A DNA stretch of 64,000 nt from Lytechinus pictus (taxonomy: Eukaryota), in NCBI RefSeq assembly GCF_037042905.1, contig NC_087245.1, forward strand, positions 13,268,001-13,332,000. Reading direction: 5' to 3'. A program made the position numbers and the translations under genes. Below the pieces are notes generated by a model. The model ran no database searches and was not told where the DNA came from. It was given only the letters and a program-made list of their open reading frames with translations. This document shows positions 50,122 through 62,100 of the stretch, one piece after another; within the stretch, counting starts at the first letter, position 1; every line of letters begins with the position of its first letter.

Positions 50122-53100
50122 CTACGTATCTTCTTCAAGTCTCTGAACTACATATTGTCTTGCTTTCTCCTTGCACTCTTCCAAGCTATATGATGCTAAG
50201 CCACGCCCCCTAGCAAAGGTCTCTGAGCCGAAGCCCTTCCCCTCCATCTCACTCATCACAAAGTCCATCCACTGGCTGGCATGTAATCCCCTCGAAACAA
50301 ACTCCTGCACGAAACAAATGAAATGAAAAATGTATTCAATGAAGGCTGAATCTTCAATCATGAGAGTAGCAATGATAAAGCTTTAGAAATGAAATACTTA
50401 CATTGCTAATGCAACTGTCACAAATACCTTTACGAACGATTTTTATTCATTGCAATAGGTGGTATATTTGTATGGTGTTCGTAAGGGTATTTGTGACCAA
50501 AGCATTACTTTCATTACTAATGCCAAAGTTTGATGTTAATTTTTTAAATGGTTTAACGCTACTGAAAGAACAATTTCAGAAAAAAGCCATATTTTAGCCA
50601 CTGGATATGACCTCTTAAACTGAGATTTCATAATCAATGGCTAAAGCTTGTAAGTACAATTAATTATTGGGGGAGGGAGGGGTAGGTGAGAAGGTAAAAC
50701 AAAAAACATGTTCAATCTTTCTTGAAAGTCACCTTCAATATATTCTCATCAAGTGCAAGTGAAATCAACAAACGAAATGTCAATTAATTACAGGAAGTAA
50801 TGTACCAGACACTAGAAGTGTGGTATGAAATCAACAACAAGCAGATGTTCTTTCAACATTCCAAGTGTCATCAAACCATGAAATTAACTCTCGTGCAGGA
50901 TGAAACTGACAAGGAAGCTATCTTGAAAGGGAGTGAAATATACACTGGAGTTGTAAACACAGAGAAATGCAGGTCACAGTCGAGCCTTTGTTTAGTATAC
51001 TTGGAAATTAGGATCAGCATTGAGATATTTTATTGAGAATTAAAAAAAATGAAATTGCAAACAAGACAGATTTCAAATACATTTGATAACTTGGGCAATG
51101 TACAATAAACACTAGTTAGCCTGTGTTTATAAAGAGTTGCAGGTTGATCACTCATACCACAAAAATTAACAGGATATTGGTTTGATTTCAAAAATAAATT
51201 TCTTATCAAGAAATAAATTCAAAAACTTGATTTCATAGCTTGATTCTGTCACAGAACACCAGTACTAATAGATGTGTAATTATGCAAATTATTTTGCAAA
51301 TTGAATGAAGAAAAAATTACCTGAGGCACTCTGCAGATGCAATAAGCCTTCTCCTTGTCAGTACTGAAAAGCATGATGGGAGTAGAACCAAAGTCGTCTT
51401 CTAATGATTGTTGTATTTTCAAAAGCACCTGGAAGAGATATAGACATGCAATAAATAACAGATAATTACTTTAGAATCAATGTCAAAATTATATGAAATA
51501 ACACAGTAGCTACTAGGGTGACCTTTCACAATGGCAAATCAAAATAAAAGGTTCCACGGTGGCTATTACTGATAGAATAAGTTCTATCGGTGGTAGGTTT
51601 TTATGAAACATTGACATGATTAGGTAACATTGCAGCAATTCTACACTTCATTTCATTAACAAGATTCTCTTGACTTAAATACTAACTCTAACAGAAAAGA
51701 AAATGTCACTGCTTTGTACATCCCTTTATTTTCAAAATTGGTGGCATTAGCATTACAGATGGCACTAAAGGACAGTATATTTCCAAATTTTTCCTTGGTA
51801 CTTGCTATAGAGCCTATATCTCAAACTCTTAAAATTTTTTGAAAAGCATTTCTCCTACAATAAATGCCATCAATGTTAAATATAACATAGTTAAGCAAAT
51901 ATATTTCAATTTTCAAAACCTTCATGACTTCACTACATAGCCATTCTCGGCCCTATACAGTCAGAGCGCCACGCGTATGCTAATGAGCACGATCGCTGAA
52001 ATTTATTCAGAATCCCATCCGCCCGAAAATCATCTAGCGGGACTCTCGTAGATCGCGAGATATCACGAGAGTCATGCAGGTCTCGTTCTAATGACGTCAT
52101 ACTCTTCACTGGAAAAGCCAAGATGGAAGAATGCAACCGTAAGTAAATCTTGAAATCTTTAGCTTTATTTTGATATGAAATATGTGGTAATCCAGAAAAA
52201 AATTGAACCTGAAATAATGCTTTAGATCTAGGCAATATTTTAGCCGGATCGGAGATCGAATTTTTCATTAGAATGTTGTTTTTTACGTCCTGACCCTCCT
52301 CAGAATTTTTGGCTTTCGTGAAGCCTCCGATGTTGTAGAATATATTTCAGTGATGAACATGTGTAAATATCTCTGGGACGCAAAATCTCCTTCGTACTCG
52401 TATTTTACGATGAAACTACCTCAAATTTTCCATTTTGTCAACTGCACTGACGCTGATTCTTCTTTTGTACTTGTTTATTTTATTGAGTGATGACGTCAGC
52501 CATGGTCTCGCGCGGAGTAACCAACTGGTGGGTCAGTCCCATTAGTGTATTTTTGTGTCTTGTTTAAAAAGCTTGGTGCCCCCAATTCTCTCACATTGAT
52601 TGTGCGAGGGCCAAATCATTGCCATGCGAACTTGAAATAAAGATTAGATCTAGTTTGAAATTATTTTGTAATTATTCCATGAGGTTGCAATCTAATTTTG
52701 TGCCTTATATTCTGATGCATTTCATCCAAATCAGACTATTATTTGAGACTGAGATAGAGCTCGAGAGCTGTGACACTAGTGTCAGTGACATGACACTGTC
52801 AACAGTTGTCTAAAAAAAAAGGGAATTGACAGATTGAGATTGACTGACTTCTTGACTAGCCATGAGGCTCCTTGAGAGTAAATATCATTCATTAACGTGT
52901 GCTTACCCTCCTTGGAGCCAGGGATTGCATCCCATACATTTGCGTGTACCGCGAAAAAAAACCCAGAAATTTTACGCTCTCGAGATTTCTACTTTCCATA
53001 TAAGAGAGGTAGATCTAGTCCTAAATCATGTGAATGGGATATACAACTTCATCTCTGACATTTTTACATTTAAAACAAGAATTCATTAAAAAGACAGAAA

Positions 53101-56100
53101 ACTTTCAACGATGTTCATGTCACCATCATGTTTTTTTTTTTTTTTTGCCAAGGCTACAAAACGCCTATTGAGGAAATGAAGTTGTATCCCATTTACATGA
53201 TTTAGGTATAGATCTTTTAGAAGGAAAGTAGAAATCTTGGGGAGAGTATGCATTTTACTCTCTGGGTCAGGAGCCTCCTGGCTACAGGTATTCTCTCTAG
53301 TTGTCAGTACTAATAGATCTCTATTGTAATTGATTATTGAATTAAAGTTATTAAGTAAATTGAAAATGAATTATGGAAACCTCAATAATAAACCTTGGTT
53401 AACAAAGGTGTCATTATATATTTTTTTTAGAATTCAATTTAATCGTAGAATCTAATGTTAGATCTAAGCTTGATCTACTTTCTTTGAAAATTTAAATTCA
53501 AGACTCGGGCAATATACTAATCAAGAAGTTAACGTCCATGGGAACTCATTCATTTACTCATATTTTGTGGACTTTGAATTTTGATGAGACAAAAAGACAT
53601 TTTAGCCCAAGATTTATTCAAGAAAGTTTGCATTTTTCAGGTGACAATCTGACATAGACTCAGATTTGAATTTTATTGCATTTTTAAAAACATGTATCAT
53701 TACATGATTAATTGTGCAGATGGGTGAGGCCTGAGGGGCCCTGATATGGTGGGGGGGGGGGGGGCTTTCATTATCATAACTGCACTTTTTGCTATAAATT
53801 TTATTACAAACAGCTAAAACTTACCATCCAATTATGATTTTTTGCATGATCCCAGGCTAATTCTGCTCAGTCCTCCCCCTTCCCACTCCAAAACAAAAAA
53901 AGAAGAAACATTCTGCGGCCTTTGGGTATCCACACAGACAATGTCATTGTACAGATATTTTTAAGAAGTGCCATACTGATACAGCAATGCTTTGATAATT
54001 GAATTGTCACACTGCTGATTTTATTTTCTGGGGGAGCAGCAAAATTATTTTTTGATGGAGATGTGTCCCTCAAACCCTGAAATGGGAGTTCAAGAGGGAA
54101 ACATACATGAACATGTATTTGTTTTTAATATAGTTAGGAAATATGAGCAATATTTTGATAAACTAAAATATGAATCTATGCATTTTATTTATTGTAAATT
54201 ACTGAGCCTGCAAATTCTTTTTGCTTTGGGCAAAAATATTACTTGGATGGGCGCTTCTATTGCTATTTCAATAGATTTGTTTGCTATTTTTTCCACCGTG
54301 TCCTTCTTCATTAAGTGCTGACAAATTTTTATATGTGAACATTGTAATTTTGCTCTGAGTAAATAAATGATAGGAAGTTAAATGTTATGTTATTACATAT
54401 TGCAATTATTTTCTTTGTAATAACATTTAACTCTCTGTCCTTTTGTTTTATTGCTTTCCTAGTTTGGAATTTATTTTGTTGTAAAAGCAATCTTTTCTTT
54501 TTTTTTCTTTACAGATCACCTTCACATCTGGCTGGATGCCAAGTTCTTTTGATAGGAGACTCAATTGTGTGACACGCTGTTTTTAATGGACCCTTTTCTT
54601 CTGAAACTTTGTGCTTTCCAGGGGCTAATGTTACATCGTTAAGATCATCATTCGTCAAATCTTTCAGAATTACTTCGACTTTTCTACAAAGGCTGTTTTC
54701 ATCCATATAGGAACAAACAATTTAGAACATAGTGTTTGGGAAAAGGATTCCAAAGCATTTCACAATTTGTATATCAGTGTTAGAGAGCAATTTCGGTGTG
54801 CAAAGATTATTAACTGTTTGGGATAAAGTACAGATTCCCATATGCTATTATCCAGACATTGAATTATATGGCTTTGTTGTATCCAGGGATGATGGGGAAG
54901 TACATGTAGCATGCCAGTGGGACACAGATGAAAGTATTGAAAAGATTAAATCAAATGTTTTATATCTCACAAGGGGTTGTTCTTGTGCCAAGAGCAAATG
55001 TCATAACCGTTTATGTAAATGTAGAATAGAGGGTAGATTTTGTGGGCCAGGTTGCCGCTGTAGACAGTGCCAAAATCTTACTGCTGTAGAGAAACTGGCA
55101 AGTGATAGTGACTCCAGTGAAGAAGATTCTGATATTGATCATTTTGATTATGATTCTGATTTTGATGAAGTTCCTTGTGATAAAACAAATATCGAAGGTA
55201 CCATTGAAATCGACATTGATGGTGATTTATCTCTGTTTGAAGATTTGCAGGAAGACTGTTCAGATTATGAGTAGGCATTCTCTGTGTCATGTTCTTGTAG
55301 CCCTTTAAAATCATTCATCAGTCATTTAATCAGTCTATTATATGCCAGTATTCATTGGCTGCTGTGAGGGTGAAGTTTGTTACATTGAATCAATTCATGA
55401 TAGCTATTACTTTTATATTATGTACATGTTTTTTTTAATGGTTATAATTTTTGTTTAAAGAACATTTATAAGAAGGCATGACAGGCAATGTGGAAATGTT
55501 GGTGAGCATTTACACATGTTTTTTATGCATGTGATACCTTTTTATTTGTATATCATTAAGTGTCTGCAACATTACACTATTTCCACATTATGCATAACAG
55601 AAGAAGTTGAACTATTTTTTTTTTTCACAAGTATGCACATTTTTCATATATTTAACGTACCTTGCCATGTTATGTTTATTCTTGCTTTTTACTGCAATAC
55701 ATATGAGTCAGTGTATGTATACGTTTCTTGCCAGTTCCATTGAGGTCTTGCAGGTCAATCATTTTGGTAGCTGAAATAATAGTTGTCGTAGTTGTATGAA
55801 ACAAATGTGAAGTTTCTTACGACAATTGTGAGGCTTAAGCAGAATACATGATGGTTACATGTATTTTGTTAGATTGGCTAATTATTTCATTAGCAATATA
55901 TAGAGGTGCAGTACATGTATTTCCTCTTGAACTTTGACGCAGCTTTTTTCAATATGTGTGTGATTTACAATATCCTATAAAACAGTTGTGTATATTATTA
56001 TTATTATTTTGCCCTGTTGTTGCTTTGCTTTTGCTACTTATGATTATGATTATGTAAATGTGTAACTTTTTTTGCTTACATACATGTATTGAACCTTTTG

Positions 56101-59100
56101 TACAAGTTGTCATGATGGTGAGCATTGAACTACCCTTGTTCCTACTTTTACATGTACATTATATATATTTTCATGATCACCTCTTTATAAATTGTTTTTC
56201 CTTGTCATTTAGATAGTGCATTGTGGCAGTTTCTTGCAGGTCAATCATTTTGGCAACTCAGATAATAGTTTTTGTAGTCACATGTATATGAAACAAATGA
56301 TAAGTTTCTTACAGCAATTGTGAGGCTTAAGCTAAATACATGATGGTTACATGTATTTTGTTAGATTGGCTAATTATTTCATTAGCAATATATAGAGGTG
56401 CAGTACATGTATTTCCTCTTGAACTTTGACGCAGCTTTTTCAATATGTTTGTGATTTACAATATCCTATAAAACAGTTGTGTATATTATTTTACCCTGCT
56501 GTTGCTGTTCCTACTTATGATTATGTAAATGTGTAAATTTTTTGTTTATGTAAATGTGTAAATTTTTTGTTTATATGTTGAAGCACTTGTACAAGTTGTC
56601 ATGATGGTGAGCATTGAACTACCCTTGTTCCTACTTTTACATGTACATTATGTATATTTTCATGATCACCTTTTTATAAATTGTTTTTTCCTTGCCATTT
56701 AGAGAGTGCATAGTGGCAGTTTTAACATCTCATACACATGTTAACAATGGGGACATTATTACAGTTGGTGATACGTATATTGACCCCAGTAATTCCATAT
56801 ATTGTAATATGTATTACCTAGATATACATGTATGTAAACGTATGGCTGAATTATTTCTTTTATGAGGCAGTTTTGATGGCACTGACTTCTGTATACAAAG
56901 ATTATTTCACTTGTTTCCTGTCATGACTACCAAAGTAATTTCACTGATGACGGGCTTTCCTAAACAATACATTCCTTGTTTATAAAATTGTTTTAACTCA
57001 TATTTACCTCAACTACTGTCTGCTTGCCAAAGACATTCAGGGAGCATTAGATGTAAAACTGCCTTTATCTTTATTAACATGTTTGATTGTAAAACAAAAA
57101 CAGTATTCACTTATACTCTCTTCATGTACTTGCCTTGAATGATATTAGGTGCCAAAGTTTTTTGCTTGTATTTATATGTTTTGTAAACATGAGTTTCAAG
57201 AGTTTGATGTTGGAAATAAACTCTTTTTTTCTTGTTAAAATTGATCAGATATTGAACATGCTTTCAATTTTTTTTCTTTAGGAATATCCATTTACTATGA
57301 GCTAGATTTTGAATTCATGCATTGTATTGCACTGGAGATCTGAATATGAGAATATAGAAGAATAAATGAAGAAAGAAATAGAAAAAAATCAAGATTTAAA
57401 GAAAAAGAAGAGAATATGTGTATGAACTTAAGTTACAGTTACACAACTGTTTAAACACGTTTCTGTGCATGACAAAAAGAAAAGATGTGTTCGATTAGAA
57501 AGTCGGCTGGATGTGTGAGGAAAATATTACATGTAATATCAAGAGAGAGAGAGACAGACAGAGCAACACTAATAGAGAGGGAGAGAGATGGGTGTTTCCC
57601 ACGGAGAAAGGTGTTTGAAAATGAATAAAAAAACACAGTAGTGGGACAAGATTTGTGAATATGAGGAATTGAAAATTGAGGAGGAAGACGAGATCTGTTG
57701 AACAAATGATATCCAAGTATCCCACTGCACGATGGAATGTAATTGTTCAGAGAAAAGGGTGGATAATGAATCGTGATAAATAGAAATATACATCGCACCC
57801 AGGTGTGGAACCAGGGGGGGGGGGACACGTGCCCCCCCCTTGAGAGTATTGAGAGCAACTTGTCTATTTTTTTAAATGTAAACATACCGTAAATACACAA
57901 GTGTCCCCCCCCCCTTAGAGTGGCAGCAAATATTTTAAATGGGATTATGTGGTTCCTTTACAAGTGAGCCCCCCCCCCTTTTTTTTGGGGGGGGGGTTGT
58001 TAATTTCAAATGTGGCAAAATGTCAGTCATTTTTGGAGGGAAAACTTTTGCTTGTCAATATTTCCTACGAAATATTTGCCCCCTCCCCTTTTGGAAAATC
58101 CTGGATCTGGCCCTGATCACACCCCCCCCCCAAATAAATAAATAAATAAACAGAAATACTAGTGAATAAAACAAAATCAACTAATGGGAGAAAGAAAATT
58201 GATAAAATGGATTGATAATGATTTAGAACAGTAAAACAAAACACATGAATTATGGAGGGTGTCTTTGCATTTTTGTATTTTTTATGCTTTTCTAAACTTC
58301 CAAGCATGTTGACATTTATTAATTGTTCTATCCATTCTTGTTTGTTTCTGAAAACGGGATGTGTGCATGTATGTAATTCTTTTCAACAAATCTTGGCAAC
58401 AAAACCGGCCGGGGGGGGGGGGGGGGCAGCATCAATAAGTTAACTAAGTACATACCGGTACATGTAATTCAGAAAACGCAGAATTGCATACATGGGACTG
58501 AGTTTATTGATAAAACACAAATACGACTCTACTCACTTAGAATGGCTATAATAATGAATGCAGAGATATAAGGAAATATCCCATGAAATTTTTTGCATTC
58601 TTGTCAGTCTTCTATATTGAAAAATCTATCAAAAACAATTTTACGTCTATAAACTTTGTATAAAAGAACAAATACTCTATGAAAGTAGACGACGTTGTTG
58701 TTCGGGGTTTCGCTTCGAAAGTCGATGAGTAGAAAGGTCATGACCTGCGATCACGCGTTGAATCCATGGAATGCGTTGACCAATCAGATTGCTCTATTTA
58801 CGTAACTCGTTTGAAGCTCGTTTTGGACAGGCCCTCATAATGACTTGGCGGTATGTTTCCCTGGTTCCTGACTCTCCTCATTAATGAAAAACCATGAATT
58901 ATGTCTCATTTTAAAGAGTGATAATTCAGCTTTACAACTGTTATTAAATTTGAAGGACGCAAGAATTATGAAATGGTATTATACGTCGTTAAAGCTGAAT
59001 GATTTGAATTTTTCCGGGGGCAAAGTTCTAGGGCAGTTTACCTTACTAAGTTAATGAAATATGTCGATAATTATGGTATATATCGAATCCTTGATTCTTC

Positions 59101-62100
59101 CCCTTTCTATCGATATAATGTTTATGGTTTAAAACAGTAAATTAACCCGGTAAAACGCAGAGAAACTAGACCCTTGCGTTCCTCATTACGTATTCATGAA
59201 CCGAGCGGTCACGAATACGAGCTGAATAAATACGTGCGAATTAGCTCGCGCGGCGGAGTGACTGTATACAATTTGATGGATTCTCAATACGGTGCACCAA
59301 CTATCAGTTGTAGCAGACAAGGTCCAAGAGGTGGGAAAGAAATTTGTTTCATATTTCTTTTCGAATTTTAGACTGTTTTTGGTGAATTCTTCCTCCGCTT
59401 TTGCCCAATGGTTTTCATTTTAGAAGCATCAGAGTCACATTACAGTACACTAGCACTGCGATGCCTGCGCCTGCACGTGATGTCCATCCGAAGTTAGAGA
59501 TTAGGCTGTCCGCTGCAACCAATAGATGCTGCACCGTATTGTGAATCCACCATATTGATTGTAATTTTCCTAAATAGTTTACCATAGACTTAAAATCACA
59601 ATCCATTGTGTCATTGATTGTGCGTTTTAGGTTAATGAGCCCCTTCTCTTTACTTTATGTGCAGAGACATAGAATGGAGTAAACAATTTCAACATTTTAG
59701 CTACAGGAACAATGAGATATGGATAATTCTGTGGTTGACAGGATGGATCAAAATTAGCCTTACCTTGTTATCAATACTATTCCCTGCCATTCCTATCACA
59801 CATAACGGATTCTTATCACCAAGTCTGAACTCTTCATTTAGTCTCTCAGAAACCTACATGAGGAAAACAATGGATATTTTTATTGTTGGTTATTTGGTAG
59901 TTAGGTAATTCATTCCACCGTATTTGGTAGTTAGGTTGCACCTACATGTTTCCAGGGAGAATTTGCATCTCAAAAACATAAGTCCTTTCCAGGATTTCAC
60001 AAAGTTTCAAGAAAGGATACTCTGCACTCCCCCTTCTGTTTTATTTCATCTCCATCTTTTCTACAAATCTTCTATGAACCAAAAAAAACACCCCTCTAAC
60101 ATTGGATTTTCATCTAATCTTTAGCAATGCAGTACAATTTGAATGTATCTACATCACTGCTCCAATGAATACCTGTCTGAAACCAATATAGCCTGGGGGT
60201 GTTTCACAAAGATTTACATTTCAAGTAAGTATAACTTACAGTCGCACTTACATGTAACTGCCTTGTTGCGTGCTGTATAAAAGGCATGACTGTATCGGTC
60301 AGGTCATCCCAAGAGGACTCCCACTACTGCGTATTGATCTTTTAGATTACGCACCGTATGTAGCTAAGTGCGACTCTCAGTCATACTTAAATCTGTGTGA
60401 AACAACCCCCAGGGGAGCATTTCATAAAAAGACTCGTCAGATGTTTTATACGAAAAGTCTTTTTATCCGACTGTTACAGTGCTTCTTGGCCAATCAAAGT
60501 TAAGGAAAGACGTCAGATCTGACAACCTGTTGGACAAGGATGTTGATGAAATGATTCCCTGATATTTATTAGCATTTAGAGTCCATTTTTCCTAATTTAA
60601 AAAGTCTGACAATTCATCCCAAATGGATGATAGCAGATTATTTTCTTCTCTAATTTCCATCTAAGATTTTCTTAATCTCTTAGGCTTTCTTCTTTTCCCA
60701 AATTCTGCTTTGACAATGCTACCAGGGAGATTGCTCTGGTCCAATAACACTTACATGTACCTTGTACCTAATATTTGCATGACTTACATTAAATCATCCT
60801 AACAAATCTTCACGAAAACCACTTGTTATCTTAGGACTGACCTGTTTAATGACTGATCTCTTGTTGAGTTTTTCTGCTTTCTTAAGTTTATTCTGCATAT
60901 CAGCAACTCGTCTGTTCATCTCTCTCTTCTTCCATAGATCTATATGAGCCCCTTCAACATCCTGTACAAAGGTTTCTAAAGATTCCATCACACTGTCTCT
61001 GGACTCTGGATTATTTGAAGTCGATACATTGTGAATCTGAAGTTAATAAAATGACAGGAGAACATTTTTTAAAAAAAGCTAACGTACTGTGGTCAGCTTG
61101 CCATTAATGTTAAATACATGTATTCTGGAAACCTTGATTTTGATTGGCTGTTGAGCCCTGTTACCATGGTAAATGCGGACGTGGGCTGCGAGTGAGAATT
61201 AAAAATTAAAGAAATATCTAACTGAACGATGAATCCCGTGTAACTTTACATAAGATCCCAGGAAAACTAAAGTATTTAAATGAGGTTTATATAATGACTT
61301 TGAAAGAAAAAGACTGTGATTAATGCATGGTAAGAGTACACTGTGGTTGACTTATCTCTCAGGAGCAATGAGAAGGAGTGACGTTACAACAAGGGCACAA
61401 CATGCATCATGAAATGCACAAAAGTGACAGAAAAACCCTTGACATCTTTCTTTCTAAATCACACTAACCTCTGTCTCAAGCTGGCCGAGTCTCTGCAGAA
61501 ACTTGTTGGAGGTATAGTCAGCTAACATGACATCATTACTGGTCACTACGGTCAGTCTTCTCACACCCTTACTGACCAGCTTCTCAGATACAATGACCAA
61601 TCTACGGATGTGACCAGTGTTCTGGACATGCCTAGAAAGGACAGAGGAATGATGGGAAGGGATAGAACAAAATGAACTGTCAAAGCCGAATAAACATACT
61701 TCCAAAGTCAAGAAGTCAAAATTAAGACCTCCAATCAATAATAATGACAGTTCTGCCTTTGGTGCCAGCTGCTGTTTCCAATGCATTCAAGAAATTACTA
61801 CTATACAACAAATCAAAGCAAAATTATATTTGCTTTCAAGTCATTGTTTGCTTTTTTCACAAATAAGTATTTAAGTTTTAAGAAACTTTTTTACTTCATG
61901 ATATATCATAAAAGCTATGTAGAAACAAGTTACACTACATGTATTACATTTTAACATTCCCTAAACAAGTTTTCGCATATTCAAGTGATTTAAATAAATA
62001 AGGAAATAATAAAGTGAGAAAAAGTTTTGATATGAAAGAAAAAAGTAAAGGGACTGTTCATTTTTCTTCTAGTTGCACAGCATTTGTGGTATACAAATTA

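Larger units (their letters stand above)
51938..59268 (+). mobile_element. Large internally deleted Academ-like DNA element in an AlaRS intron
   Basis: TAGCCATTCT (51938) is inverted at 58539-58548. A second imperfect inverted match links 51954-52010 with 59221-59268. A coding remnant lies at 54515-55274. The right boundary is ambiguous. Confidence 0.6.

Noticed and set aside
54732-55274. Host tesmin/LIN54 gene
   Set aside because: There is a single CXC domain with no paired CRC or linker, it is embedded in a TIR-bounded intronic element, and the ORF's first ~27 codons are an out-of-frame read of the SGNH remnant.
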